From: Clostridiales bacterium
Lineage (GTDB): Bacteria > Bacillota > Clostridia > Christensenellales > Aristaeellaceae
Direction of reading: 5' to 3'
DNA length: 32,000 nucleotides
Assembly (NCBI GenBank): GCA_015056175.1
Contig: SVGT01000013.1
Span: 6,984 to 38,983 of the forward strand
Positions within the stretch are counted from its first letter, which is position 1. Each line of letters starts with the position of its first letter. The translations under genes and the position numbers were made by a program. Below, one piece after another: positions 1-8,983 of this stretch. The notes under the pieces were generated by a model. That model was not told the origin of the DNA. It did not search any database and was given only the letters and a program-made list of their open reading frames with translations.

Positions 1-67
1 GACCGCCGCCCACGGCGAACAGGCCGGTTTTGAAAAATTCCCAGCACATGATAAGCAAAGTGGTCAT
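1..67 (-). CDS. chromate transporter (CHR) family protein, N-terminal fragment running off the left edge
   Basis: The reverse strand from the ATG at 67-65 reads MTTLLIMCWEFFKTGLFAVGGG. This is the same CHR-domain opening as the neighbouring ORF (FFTIGAMTFGGG). Its ATG overlaps the upstream TGA (ATGA at 64-67), as in paired short ChrA genes. Confidence 0.55.
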   Translation of the reverse strand, partial: MTTLLIMCWEFFKTGLFAVGGG

Positions 68-603
68 GCGTTCTGCACCTTCTTTCCAAAGATCACGCTG
101 AGCACCACGCAGCCGATAACCACCCACACGGGGCTCAAGCCCAGCAGCGCCACCACGGCAAAGGCGCACAGCGCCAGGGCGATATGCCAGTGCTTTTTCA
201 CATTGCTCTTCACAAGCTTCACCACGCTGCTGACAATCAGCGCGCACACCGCCACGCGGATGCCCGCAAAGGCGTGCTGCACCCAGGCGATATGCATGAA
301 GTTTTCCAGCACCATGGCGATGAGCACAATGATGACGATGGAGGGAGAGACGACGCCCAGCGTGGCCGCGATGCCGCCGGCAACGCCCTTTTCCTTATAG
401 CCCACAAAGGTGGCGGTATTGACGGCGATGATGCCCGGCGTGCACTGGCCGATGGCAAAATAATCCAGCAGCTCCTCCTGCGTGCTCCACTTGCGCTTGT
501 TGACCACCTCGCGCTCCAGCATGGGCAGCATGGCGTAGCCGCCGCCAAAGGTCATGGCGCCGATGGTGAAAAACGTGCGGTACAAATCCCAAAGCAGTTT
601 CAT
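64..603 (-). CDS. chrA: chromate transporter (short single-CHR-domain ChrA family) protein
   Basis: 179 aa. The opening MKLLWDLYRTFFTIGAMTFGGGYAMLPMLEREVV matches the CHR domain signature, and the rest is multi-TM and hydrophobic. RBS AAGGAGG lies 5-6 nt upstream (reverse complement of 606-616). Confidence 0.85.
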   Translation of the reverse strand: MKLLWDLYRTFFTIGAMTFGGGYAMLPMLEREVVNKRKWSTQEELLDYFAIGQCTPGIIAVNTATFVGYKEKGVAGGIAATLGVVSPSIVIIVLIAMVLENFMHIAWVQHAFAGIRVAVCALIVSSVVKLVKSNVKKHWHIALALCAFAVVALLGLSPVWVVIGCVVLSVIFGKKVQNA

Positions 604-679
604 GCTTTTCCTCCTTTATACGTACTGCACCCATTATATACGCAAACGGCGTTTTGCGCAACGGCGAAACGCCCTTTTG

Positions 680-709
680 TTGACAGCCGTTTCAGCGGCA
701 TGCTATAAT
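680..709 (+). promoter_or_regulatory. sigma-70-type promoter for the 747 CDS
   Basis: TTGACA (680-685), 18-nt spacer ending in TGc (extended -10), TATAAT (704-709). The ATG at 708 in the ORF track lies inside the -10 box. Confidence 0.6.
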
Positions 710-746
710 GAAATACACCGGCAATGAAGATCGAGAGGAAAAAGAT

Positions 747-1286
747 ATGCGAAAAACGATGATGAAGCTGTGCGCGCTGCTTGCGGCGCTTGTGATGCTG
801 CTTTCCTGCGCGGCGATGGCGGAGGAAACGGCTGCCGCCGAAGAAAACTACTCCTACGAGGGCGTGTGGATCCAGTTCCCCAACGACGGGTTTGAGATGT
901 ACCTGCCGGCCAACTGGCTGATGCTGGAGGTCAACGAAACGCTGCTGGACGCCGGCATCTACTTTGGCATTCTGGACCCGGACAACAACGCCATCCTCAA
1001 CGTGGCCTGGAACAGCCTTCCGGAAAGCATGACGCTGGAAGCTATGCGGGAGGATCTGGCGGTATACTATCCCGAAGCCCAGGTCGTAACGCTGGGCAGC
1101 AATCAGGTGGTGGAATACCTGATCGCAGAGCAGGATCTGTTGACCTTTGCATTCCCCGATCAGACCGAGGCGGGCATGTTTATGATCACTGTGATGCCGG
1201 CGTCCGATGTAGCCATCAATCTGATGGCCCACGAGATCGTATCCTCCATGCGGGCGCTGCCTGTGCAGGATGCGGAAGCAGAATAA
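747..1286 (+). CDS. secreted protein or putative lipoprotein, function unknown
   Basis: Start refined to 747 (GAGAGGAAAAAGAT-ATG). The signal peptide MRKTMMKLCALLAALVMLLSCAAMA has a lipobox-like LLSC. A terminator follows. Confidence 0.7.
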   Translation: MRKTMMKLCALLAALVMLLSCAAMAEETAAAEENYSYEGVWIQFPNDGFEMYLPANWLMLEVNETLLDAGIYFGILDPDNNAILNVAWNSLPESMTLEAMREDLAVYYPEAQVVTLGSNQVVEYLIAEQDLLTFAFPDQTEAGMFMITVMPASDVAINLMAHEIVSSMRALPVQDAEAE

Positions 1287-1292
1287 AAAAGT

Positions 1293-1322
1293 AGCGGGAA
1301 GCGTGCAGCTTCCTGCTTTTTT
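1293..1322 (+). terminator. rho-independent terminator
   Basis: AGCGGGAAGC-gtgca-GCTTCCTGCT hairpin followed by a T-run (1317-1322). Confidence 0.7.
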
Positions 1323-1387
1323 GTATGGAAAAGTCGAAAAAAGTGTGCTATGATGTGGAAAATAATGGATTCCAAGGAGGAAAGCCG

Positions 1388-2629
1388 ATGTTTTCCCGGG
1401 AAGAAAAACAGATTTTGAAGGAACTGGCAGCGTATGTGCATCGCATCGCGCTGCTGCCCGAGCAGCAGGTGAAGCGTGATATGTGGCGCAAACACACTGC
1501 CCTCAAGGGCGGCATTCCGCCCATCTTTGTATCCCCCGAGGGCTCCTGGGCGGAAATCGTGCCCGCAGACAGTCTCCAGTGCACCGATCCCTTTGCCCGC
1601 TATGTGGAGCAGCAATTGCGCTGGCGCATCTTCCGCCATGAGCATATCCACGATGATACGCCCATCGAGATGGATTTTGACATTCCGGTGGGCTGCATTC
1701 CGCTCAACCGGGGCTGGGGCCTGCCCGTGATGCGTCAGGAGGGCACGGAGCGCGGCAGCTGGCACCACAAATGCGTGGTGGAAGAGCCGGAGGACTGGAA
1801 AAAGCTGAAAAAGCCCACCCTGGATGAGGACGTGGATATGGAGGGCGCCCGGAAAAATGCCGAAATGCTCAAGGACGCCGTGGGCGACGACCTGAACGTG
1901 CACGTGACGGGCATCAAGATTTTTGATTTCCATATCGCCCATCTGTACTGCGATTTTCGCGGCCTGGATAATCTGTTCATCGATTTGATCGACGATGAGG
2001 AGATGGTGAAGGACGTATTTGCCTTCATGTGCGAGGGATACGAGGGGCTGGTCAAACAGGCGGTGGATCTGCACCTGCCCCAGAGCAACAACGATTACAC
2101 CTATCATTACACCGGCGGCCTTGGGTACTGCGACGATCTGCCCGCCTATCATGAGGGCGAAGCGCCCCTTTCCCATCTGTGGGGTGCGGCGGAGGCGCAG
2201 GAATATTCCTGCGTATCGCCGGATATGTTCTACGAAACCATCCTGCCCTTTGAAAAGCGGCTGCTGGAGCCCTTTGGTCTCAACGGCTACGGCTGCTGCG
2301 ACGATCTGACGGAAAAGCTGGACGAGGTGCTGAAGATCAAAAACCTGCGCCGCGTGGCGGCCTGCCCATGGGCTAACCTGGGCAAAATGGCGGCTCGCCT
2401 GAAGAAGGACTATATCCTCACCTGGAAGCCCAATCCCGCCTACCTTGCCGGCGAGTATTTTGACGAAGAGGCCGTGGAAAAGTACATGGTGGAAAGCCTG
2501 ACGGCGGCCAAATGCGGCTATCCCGAGATCATTTTGCGCGACACCCACTCCTGCCGCAACGATCCTGCCCGCTTTACCAAATTTGTGGAAGTGACCCGCC
2601 GCGCCATCGAAAAGGTGTACGAGAAGTAA
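1388..2629 (+). CDS. hypothetical protein; the C-terminal half is weakly reminiscent of URO-D/MtaA-like TIM-barrel proteins
   Basis: Start refined to 1388 (CCAAGGAGGAAAGCCG-ATG). Reads MFSREEKQILKEL and has coding-like composition. The motif GYGCCDDLTEKLDEVLKIKNLRRVAACPW is my only family hint, and it is a weak one. Confidence 0.7.
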   Translation: MFSREEKQILKELAAYVHRIALLPEQQVKRDMWRKHTALKGGIPPIFVSPEGSWAEIVPADSLQCTDPFARYVEQQLRWRIFRHEHIHDDTPIEMDFDIPVGCIPLNRGWGLPVMRQEGTERGSWHHKCVVEEPEDWKKLKKPTLDEDVDMEGARKNAEMLKDAVGDDLNVHVTGIKIFDFHIAHLYCDFRGLDNLFIDLIDDEEMVKDVFAFMCEGYEGLVKQAVDLHLPQSNNDYTYHYTGGLGYCDDLPAYHEGEAPLSHLWGAAEAQEYSCVSPDMFYETILPFEKRLLEPFGLNGYGCCDDLTEKLDEVLKIKNLRRVAACPWANLGKMAARLKKDYILTWKPNPAYLAGEYFDEEAVEKYMVESLTAAKCGYPEIILRDTHSCRNDPARFTKFVEVTRRAIEKVYEK

Positions 2630-2635
2630 AAAAGC

Positions 2636-2664
2636 AAAAGCCCCTCCCGGGAGGGGCTTTTTTT
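2636..2664. terminator. bidirectional rho-independent terminator between convergent genes
   Basis: AAAA-GCCCCTCCCGGGAGGGGC-TTTTTTT. The palindromic stem has an A-run on one side and a T-run on the other. Confidence 0.85.
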
Positions 2665-2670
2665 GTGCGC

Positions 2671-3798
2671 TTACAGCTGGGGGAAGAGGATGTGGCGGTG
2701 ATCGGGCAGGAAGTGGGAGAGATACTCCCCTGCTACCACCGCGCCGCCGATGCCGTCCGGATGATCGCCGAAGCGGGCAAGCCCTTCCGTGCCGGGGACG
2801 GCGAGGAGCTCCATATCAAAGATCGCGTCGGCGCCCAGATGATCCTCCCGGATGCAGGCGTTGACCTGCTTGCGCACCCGCTCCTCATCGCCCTGCATGG
2901 AAAAGGGCGGCACGGTGCACAGCACCACGCGGGTGCGGGGCGCGTGCTGTTTGATGAGGCGGACGACGGCGGTCAGATTGCGGATGAGCACGGCGGCATG
3001 ATCCTCCGTATCGCGCATCTGGAAAATATCGTTGACGCCCAGGCACACGTTGACGATATCGGCGCCGGACAGCTTTTGCAGCCATGCGCCGCCTGTTGCG
3101 GCGTCCTGCGCCCGGGCATAGCCAAGCCCCACGTTGAGGCCTGCGATATCGCAGGGCAGCCCCTTGATGATGCGGGCGGCCCACTGCTCCTGCATGTCGG
3201 TGCGGGTCTGGCAGCCCTGGGTGATGCTGTCGCCGATGAAGGCGAAGGTGCAGGGGGCGTCCCGATCCGCCTGCCAGAAGCAGGGCAGCGTGCAGCAATC
3301 ATAGGTATCGTCCGTCACGCGGCGGAGGGGCGCGCCGTGATGGACGTCGCCCTCGCTCACATCGCACAGGGCCATGCTGTCCGGCGTGCCGGGAAGCACG
3401 CAGTTATCTTCCAACGCCTCCAGGCACCAGGTAAACGTCACATAGCCGCCGGGGGCGACGGAAAGGGGCACGGGATCGGAGGCGATGAGGGCGCCTGGGG
3501 ATACGTCTGCGGATTGCGTGCCGCAGAAGGTGACAAAATGGCGCTCCGCAACGGTCTCATCGCCGTCGCAGGCGGCGGCCTCCGCCCAGCGGATGCGGAA
3601 ATGCCCGCCGGGCAGATTGGCGAAGCTGACGGAGCCGTCATCCCAGGTGGAATCCACCGCGTTTTGGTAGCCAAAACGCCAGGAAAACGTACCCGGCCAC
3701 GTGGGGCGCACCAGGGCGCGGAAGGTGCGCGCTTCGCCCTTTTGCAGCAGGGTGTGCAGATTGCAGGAGAAGGACAGGGGGATATTGGAAACGAACAT
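2671..3798 (-). CDS. SGNH/GDSL-family hydrolase with an N-terminal beta-rich domain
   Basis: Has FAFIGDSITQG (GDS block I), GVNDI (block III) and DHPDG (DxxH block V). RBS GGAGG lies 6 nt upstream of the ATG at 3798. Confidence 0.85.
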   Translation of the reverse strand: MFVSNIPLSFSCNLHTLLQKGEARTFRALVRPTWPGTFSWRFGYQNAVDSTWDDGSVSFANLPGGHFRIRWAEAAACDGDETVAERHFVTFCGTQSADVSPGALIASDPVPLSVAPGGYVTFTWCLEALEDNCVLPGTPDSMALCDVSEGDVHHGAPLRRVTDDTYDCCTLPCFWQADRDAPCTFAFIGDSITQGCQTRTDMQEQWAARIIKGLPCDIAGLNVGLGYARAQDAATGGAWLQKLSGADIVNVCLGVNDIFQMRDTEDHAAVLIRNLTAVVRLIKQHAPRTRVVLCTVPPFSMQGDEERVRKQVNACIREDHLGADAIFDMELLAVPGTEGLARFGDHPDGIGGAVVAGEYLSHFLPDHRHILFPQL

Positions 3799-3865
3799 AC
3801 ACGCCTCCGTATTTTTTCATATCGTTTTTTTCATTATACAACAAAAGCGGGCGGGTAGGAAGAGG

Positions 3866-5413
3866 TCAGCGCAATTCCTCCGGGGAGGCTTCACAGAGCC
3901 CCTGTGCGTTCAAAAGCAGGATGCGCCCCGGCCACATGTCCATCAGCTTTCGGTCGTGGGTGACGCAGAGCACCGCGCCCGGGAAGGACACGATCATCTC
4001 CCGGAACACGGGGGCGGACAGGGGCGACAGATTGCGGGTGGGCTCGTCCAGCACCAGCACGTTGGCCTGGGTGAGGATCATGTGCAGCAGAAGCAGCTTG
4101 GCCTTCTGCCCGCCGGAAAGATCCCGGATGGGATGGGTCATTTCGTCCCGCGTCAGCTTCATGGCGCCCAGGTACGTGCGTATCTTGGTCAACTGCTCCT
4201 TATCGCCCCGGGTGTGGAGGAACTGAATGGGAGTATGATCCTCCGGCAGCAGCTCCTCGTAGCGCTGGGGCATGTACACGGCGCGCAGATCCTGTCGGGC
4301 GGTGAGATGGGCGGCGATATGACGCAGCAGCGTGGTTTTGCCGCAGCCGTTGTCGCCCAGGATGATCACCTTTTCCGGGCCGGTCATGCGCAGGAAGATA
4401 TTGTCCGCCAGCAGCCGATCCTCCGTTTCCAGGCGGGGAACATGCATTTCCAGCACCGTTTTGCCCGCGGGGACGGTGTTATCGCCCTCAAATGCGGCGT
4501 CGATGGCGTATTCCACGTTGGGGCGCTGGGTTTGATCCTCCCTTTCCCGTTCAAACCGCTTTTCCAGGGATTTGACGGCCTTCATTTTCTTTTTCAGCAG
4601 CCGCCCGGTGTGGGGATCCTGACGGGAAACGGAGGCCTGCGCGTGCTCCACGGCCTGCTGGATGCGGTCGAACTTTTCCTGACGGATGCGCTCCTGACGG
4701 CGCTCGTTTTGCGCCTGCTGCTCCTGCTGGGCGATGGCGCGGGCACGGGTCGCCATATAGGTATCGTAGGAGGTGCGGGAAAGCGTCCAGCGGGGGGTGG
4801 TTTTATGGTAGGCCATTTCCAGATGCAAAACGCCTGTGGCCGTGCGGGAGAGCAGCGTTTCATCGTGGGAGATAAAGAGCACGGGCAGATGGCAGGTGCA
4901 CAGAAAATGCTCCAGGAAGCGAAGGGTGGGAAGATCCAGATCGTTGCCCGGCTCGTCCAGAAGCAGCATGGTGGGTTCCTGCGCAAGCACCAGCAGCAAT
5001 TGCAGCTTGACCTTTTCGCCGCCGGAGAGCGTTTGCAGCATCTGGGAGGAAAAGGGGAGCGAGGGATCCATGCGGAGCTGGGCGCACAGCCGGTTAAGAT
5101 CAGCTGGCGAGAGCGCCTGGAAGGCGTCGCAGCGCATGCAGTATTCGTACACGGGCAGGGCGCGGCATGCTTCCGGGATCTCCTGGGGCAGGTAGCCCAG
5201 CTTTTCGCCGGGGGTATCGATGCGGCCCGTCACGCGGGCGTAGCCGGAAATCAGATTGGCATCAAAAATGGCCTTGAGCAGGGTGGACTTGCCGTTGCCC
5301 TCCTCGCCGATGAGGGCCAGACGATCCTGCCCGGACAGGGTAAAGGAAAGATCGTCAATGAGGACGCGCAGGTCTTTTTCGTGGGTGAGGGTCAGATTGC
5401 GTACAGAAAGCAT
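3866..5413 (-). CDS. ABC-F family ATPase (two ABC domains, no TM domain); candidate ribosome-protection (ARE) type
   Basis: Walker A GEEGNGKST and GDNGCGKTT; signatures LSGGEKVKL and LSGGQKAKL. A Q/R/E-rich interdomain linker is present (AIAQQEQQAQNERRQERIRQEKF...). 515 aa. An attenuator lies upstream. Confidence 0.9.
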   Translation of the reverse strand: MLSVRNLTLTHEKDLRVLIDDLSFTLSGQDRLALIGEEGNGKSTLLKAIFDANLISGYARVTGRIDTPGEKLGYLPQEIPEACRALPVYEYCMRCDAFQALSPADLNRLCAQLRMDPSLPFSSQMLQTLSGGEKVKLQLLLVLAQEPTMLLLDEPGNDLDLPTLRFLEHFLCTCHLPVLFISHDETLLSRTATGVLHLEMAYHKTTPRWTLSRTSYDTYMATRARAIAQQEQQAQNERRQERIRQEKFDRIQQAVEHAQASVSRQDPHTGRLLKKKMKAVKSLEKRFEREREDQTQRPNVEYAIDAAFEGDNTVPAGKTVLEMHVPRLETEDRLLADNIFLRMTGPEKVIILGDNGCGKTTLLRHIAAHLTARQDLRAVYMPQRYEELLPEDHTPIQFLHTRGDKEQLTKIRTYLGAMKLTRDEMTHPIRDLSGGQKAKLLLLHMILTQANVLVLDEPTRNLSPLSAPVFREMIVSFPGAVLCVTHDRKLMDMWPGRILLLNAQGLCEASPEELR

Positions 5414-5596
5414 AAAAAACCTCCGTTCTCCCGCGGCGGGGCAAACGGAGGATCATAGCACAAAAGACGCGCGGCGCAGGCCGTGCAAAGGGGTGCGAAG
5501 CTCCGTTTATGCCACACAAAATAAACCGCCGTGCGGGGGGCAAATTGTGCAGTGCAAACGGATTACTTCTTCATCTTCCCACTTCCTGTACCTGTT
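5414..5596 (-). promoter_or_regulatory. leader/attenuator of the ABC-F gene: 3-codon uORF plus alternative hairpins; the terminator stem sequesters the SD
   Basis: On the minus strand, the uORF is ATG AAG AAG TAA (5574-5563) with AGGAAG upstream. Segment 1 is CCGTTT (5561-5556), segment 2 AAACGGAG (5508-5501), segment 3 CCTCCGTTT (5451-5443) and segment 4 AACGGAGG (5427-5420). Segments 3 and 4 form CCTCCGTT..CCCGCcGCGGG..AACGGAGG followed by T6 and then the ATG. The GGAGG of segment 4 is the RBS. Confidence 0.6.
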
Positions 5597-5602
5597 TTTT
5601 TC

Positions 5603-5632
5603 AGTATAGCACTGTTGGAACGGGGCTGTCAA
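5603..5632 (-). promoter_or_regulatory. sigma-70-type promoter for the ABC-F leader
   Basis: On the minus strand: TTGACA (5632-5627), 18-nt spacer ending in TGc, TATACT (5608-5603). The -35 box overlaps the stop codon of the upstream gene. Confidence 0.5.
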
Positions 5633-6468
5633 CCCTGCTCGTGCCTGACGACGTCGCGAAGGGCGGCGATATGCGCACAGGTGGTGCCGCAGCAGCCGCC
5701 CACGAAGGAGGCATAGGCAAGCGCCGGGGTCATATCGCGGCCGAACATCTCCGGGGTATAGGGGCTTACCGCCTTGCCGTCCACCATCTGGGGAAGGCCG
5801 GCGTTGGGCTTGAAGAGCAGGGGAAGATCGGTATGCTGGCGGAAGGCTTTGAGCACGGGCAGGCAAAGCTCCGGCCCCATGGAGCAGTTGAGCCCCAGGG
5901 CAGCGGGATGGAGGGGAGCAAGCGCCTCCACCATATCGCAAACGGAATTGCCCATCATGGTTTTGCCCACCTTTTCAAAGCTCATGGACAGGTACAGGGG
6001 AAGATCGTACCTTACGGCGCAGCGGGCGGCCACGGAGAGCATATTGAGGTCGATAAACGTTTCCAGAAAAATGCCGTCGGGCTGCTCTTTGACGCCGGCT
6101 TCCAGCATCTGGGCGTAAATCTCCTCGCACTCGTCCTCTTCAATATCGCCGTAGGGCTCCAGAAGACCGGTCAGCGGGCCTATGTCCAGCAGCACTTTGG
6201 CTTTGCCCTGGGCGGCATCTTTGGCGATGGCCATGCCCTCCCGCACGGCCTGTTCCACCGTGTAGGCGGTGCGTTTGACCTCCGGGCCGTTGGCGCCGAA
6301 GGTGTTGGAGAGGATCATGTCCGCGCCGGCTGCAATCATATCCCGATGCACCTGGTGCACCAGATCGGGGGCAAGCATATTATAGCGCCACACGGGCTGT
6401 TTATCCTCCGTCAGCGCCCACAGGCTGGTGCCCATGGCGCCGTCAAGCAGGGTGATGTGCCGATCCAT
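5629..6468 (-). CDS. homocysteine S-methyltransferase family protein
   Basis: Start refined to 6468 (AAAGGAG, 8 nt, ATG). Reads MDRHITLLDGAMGTSLW, and the C-terminal GGCCGTTCAHIAAL provides the Zn-binding Cys pair typical of Pfam S-methyl_trans. Confidence 0.85.
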   Translation of the reverse strand: MDRHITLLDGAMGTSLWALTEDKQPVWRYNMLAPDLVHQVHRDMIAAGADMILSNTFGANGPEVKRTAYTVEQAVREGMAIAKDAAQGKAKVLLDIGPLTGLLEPYGDIEEDECEEIYAQMLEAGVKEQPDGIFLETFIDLNMLSVAARCAVRYDLPLYLSMSFEKVGKTMMGNSVCDMVEALAPLHPAALGLNCSMGPELCLPVLKAFRQHTDLPLLFKPNAGLPQMVDGKAVSPYTPEMFGRDMTPALAYASFVGGCCGTTCAHIAALRDVVRHEQG

Positions 6469-6484
6469 AAACAAAACTCCTTTG

Positions 6485-8005
6485 TCAGCGGGCGATGATA
6501 TCCACATTGCGCAGAAACACGCCGGGCAGCGAGATGGCCGATACGAAGGTATCCGGCTGGCTGCTGTCGATGAAGAAGCAGACCTGGCTGATATTTTCCA
6601 ATTCCGTCAGGGTATTGACCATGGCGTACACCATGAGCCGCTCCTCCTGCACGGACATGTGGGCGGCGATATCCCGGAAGCGCTGGGTGAGGTTGACAAG
6701 GGCGGTGCCGCCGCTGCAGGCGGTGCCCAGAATATCGCCTGCGCCGGCGCCTGCGGGCATGACGGGGGACAGATGATCGTTTCCGGCGTCGTAATAATCC
6801 GGGCCCTTGATGAGCTGGGTGATGAGGTAATGGGCGTTGGGCGCTTCGTACCAGGGCACGGCGCGGTAGACAGGAGCCAGGGTGTTATCGTCGGAAGCGA
6901 AGTACAGTTTGGCGCGGGACAGAAGGAAAACGCCAAACTGGCTGCGGCGCATCACGCCGTTTGCAAACAGCATGGTTTCGCCGGCGCCCTGATAGGTGCC
7001 CTCGGGGGTGAGGGAGGTGATCTTTTCATCGCCGATGAACATTTCCACGCCTGCGATATTGGGCAGGTACGTGGTCATGGTATAGACCAGAGAGGCCGCC
7101 ATGCAGGAGCGGGTGACGCCCTCGTCCAGCAGCGCCGCGTTCAGATCCTGAGAAAAGCGGAGGGTGAGCACCTTTTCGCCGGAGGTCTCGTTGACGGCGG
7201 GCTCGGTGGCAAGGTACACATGCAGCGGCGGGAAGGCGGGCAGGTCGGTAAGCACCTTGGGGCCTTCGGACAGGGCGTCCAGCAGCGTTCGGGCCATGTG
7301 GGGCAGCGCCGCATTGGAAAAGGCCAGCGTGCGGTTTTCACACAGCACGCCCCGGCCCCCTGCGGCGGGGAAATACAGCGTTACATCCTGCACCAGACGG
7401 CGACTTCCGTCGGCTGCGCTGCGCTGGGAAAGGGCGCGGTCCCACAGGGTGCTCAGATCGTCGGTGGAATTGAGATGCAGCGCACCGGTGGGCGTTTCCG
7501 AGGCTACGTCCAGGCCGGGCTGCACGCCGGCGATAAGGAGATTCACGCTGTCGATGCCGTCGCACCGGCACAGCGTGTTGGCGATGGCCTGGAACACGGT
7601 GTACAATTGCTCGTGGCTCAGCGTCAGCGCCGTGGCGGACAGATTGACCGTGGCAACGCCGCAGGAGATTTCAACCGGGCTTTGCAATTTCAGCGCATCT
7701 GCGCGGGGCAGGGGCTTAGCTTCATCGCCCTCATAGGCAAAGAGCATCTCCAGCAGCGTATCCGCATGCCAGCGGAAGGGGCTCAGCTCCGCTCTCCGGT
7801 TTACGGCCACAAGACGGGTGCCGTCGATGGACGGCAGGTACAATTGCACCGTGGCGGCGCGGGCGTTTTCCATCTGGCCCATGGGCGCCTGGAAGGATAC
7901 CTGCATGGGCGGCAGCGTGGCGCTCTCCTGGGGCAGGGCGTCTTTGGGCGTTGCGCAGCCGGTGAGCATCAGCACAAGGCAAAGGATGGGGATAAGCTTT
8001 TTCAT
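6485..8005 (-). CDS. GerMN-domain lipoprotein (sporulation/germination GerM-like)
   Basis: The lipoprotein signal is MKKLIPILCLVLMLTGC. GerMN-like blocks are present (YRAVPWYEAPNAHYLITQLIKGPD...GGTALVNLTQRF). Confidence 0.75.
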   Translation of the reverse strand: MKKLIPILCLVLMLTGCATPKDALPQESATLPPMQVSFQAPMGQMENARAATVQLYLPSIDGTRLVAVNRRAELSPFRWHADTLLEMLFAYEGDEAKPLPRADALKLQSPVEISCGVATVNLSATALTLSHEQLYTVFQAIANTLCRCDGIDSVNLLIAGVQPGLDVASETPTGALHLNSTDDLSTLWDRALSQRSAADGSRRLVQDVTLYFPAAGGRGVLCENRTLAFSNAALPHMARTLLDALSEGPKVLTDLPAFPPLHVYLATEPAVNETSGEKVLTLRFSQDLNAALLDEGVTRSCMAASLVYTMTTYLPNIAGVEMFIGDEKITSLTPEGTYQGAGETMLFANGVMRRSQFGVFLLSRAKLYFASDDNTLAPVYRAVPWYEAPNAHYLITQLIKGPDYYDAGNDHLSPVMPAGAGAGDILGTACSGGTALVNLTQRFRDIAAHMSVQEERLMVYAMVNTLTELENISQVCFFIDSSQPDTFVSAISLPGVFLRNVDIIAR

Positions 8006-8023
8006 GGCAGACTTCCGTTTCTG

Positions 8024-8983
8024 TCAGTTGGCGGCCGCAAACAGGGCCGTAAGATGATCGTAGGGGATGCGCCACAGGCCGTTTTCCGAAACCAGATGCA
8101 GCGGGAAGGCGGGGAGCATCACGTCCTGCCCGTCCGCATGGAGCACAAGATCGCAGCTGAACACGGCGCGATGGCCGTCGTGGCTGACCACGCCGGGGCT
8201 GAGTGTAAAGGACAGGAGCGCGGGGGACAGATCAAACTGTTCGTAGGCCTGATTCTGCCCCGGGCGCATATCGCCCTGATCGCCCGTGGCGGCCAGATGC
8301 TGGTACAGTTCCTCATGGCTGCGGCGCATCCATGCGTCCAGCACCTGACAGGCGGTATTGTAGGGGGTGAGCAGCACGCTTTCGTCCCGGGTGATGGGGC
8401 CAAGGGGCGTGTCATCCTCCGTATCGCGGAAAAAGGAGGCGGGCAAACGCAGGGAGGTGACGGCGTCGGCGCTGCGGTCCACCAGCACCTGCACCCGGGT
8501 GCAAAGGCCGCACTCGGTGAGGGTATTGACCAGGGACGCCATGCACAGCTTTCGGCGCAGGATGAATTCGTCATTGCCCGTGCCGCCGCTTTCGCCGGGG
8601 TAGCGGGAAAGCAGCGCATCGTTAAAGGTGAGGAACAGCGTGCCCTCCTGCCGGGCGGCGGACAGCACCTGGGTATCCGGCGGGAAGAGGGAGGTGAGGG
8701 ACACGCTCGCCGCCTCGGGGCCATCAATCAGCGCCTCCACCACGGCTTTTTCCGGCGCATCGCTGCGGGCAAGGTCTATTTTCCGCTCCTCGGCAGCCAG
8801 ATAGGCGCTGTCCTGATAACGGAAATAGAGGCGCACGGTCAGATCATCATCCGCAGGCGTCTCCTGAAAGCTTTCGGCAAGGGAGGGCGCGGGGGAAGGA
8901 TCGTGAGGCAGGGAGGCTTGACTTTTACAGCCTGTGAGCAGCAGGCACAAAAGCAGGGGAAGGACAAGGTATATGCGTTTCAT
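8024..8983 (-). CDS. GerMN-domain lipoprotein
   Basis: Start refined to 8983; the ATG overlaps the upstream TGA by 1 nt. The signal is MKRIYLVLPLLLCLLLTGC. The GerMN block reads RLYFRYQDSAYLAAEERKIDL...AVVEALIDGP...GTLFLTFNDAL. Confidence 0.8.
   Translation of the reverse strand: MKRIYLVLPLLLCLLLTGCKSQASLPHDPSPAPSLAESFQETPADDDLTVRLYFRYQDSAYLAAEERKIDLARSDAPEKAVVEALIDGPEAASVSLTSLFPPDTQVLSAARQEGTLFLTFNDALLSRYPGESGGTGNDEFILRRKLCMASLVNTLTECGLCTRVQVLVDRSADAVTSLRLPASFFRDTEDDTPLGPITRDESVLLTPYNTACQVLDAWMRRSHEELYQHLAATGDQGDMRPGQNQAYEQFDLSPALLSFTLSPGVVSHDGHRAVFSCDLVLHADGQDVMLPAFPLHLVSENGLWRIPYDHLTALFAAAN

Noticed and set aside
708-746. Longer N-terminal extensions offered by the ORF track. Examples are 708 versus 747, 1325 versus 1388, 6507 versus 6468, 9010 versus 8983, 12111 versus 12009, 19178 versus 19121, 19122 versus 19338, 20107 versus 20245, 23676 versus 23700, 23887 versus 24049, 28756 versus 28561 and 29981 versus 29750.
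   Set aside because: In each case an internal ATG has a proper SD at 5-10 nt and starts the recognisable domain or signal peptide. The upstream extension overlaps a promoter, a terminator or the neighbouring gene.
8031-8038. GCGGCCGC (NotI) sites at 8031-8038 and 26312-26319, considered as evidence for or against NotI-like specificity of the island endonuclease.
   Set aside because: Two occurrences in 32 kb of roughly 60% GC DNA is about what chance predicts, so they say nothing about avoidance or specificity. They are useful only as sites to inspect in methylome data.
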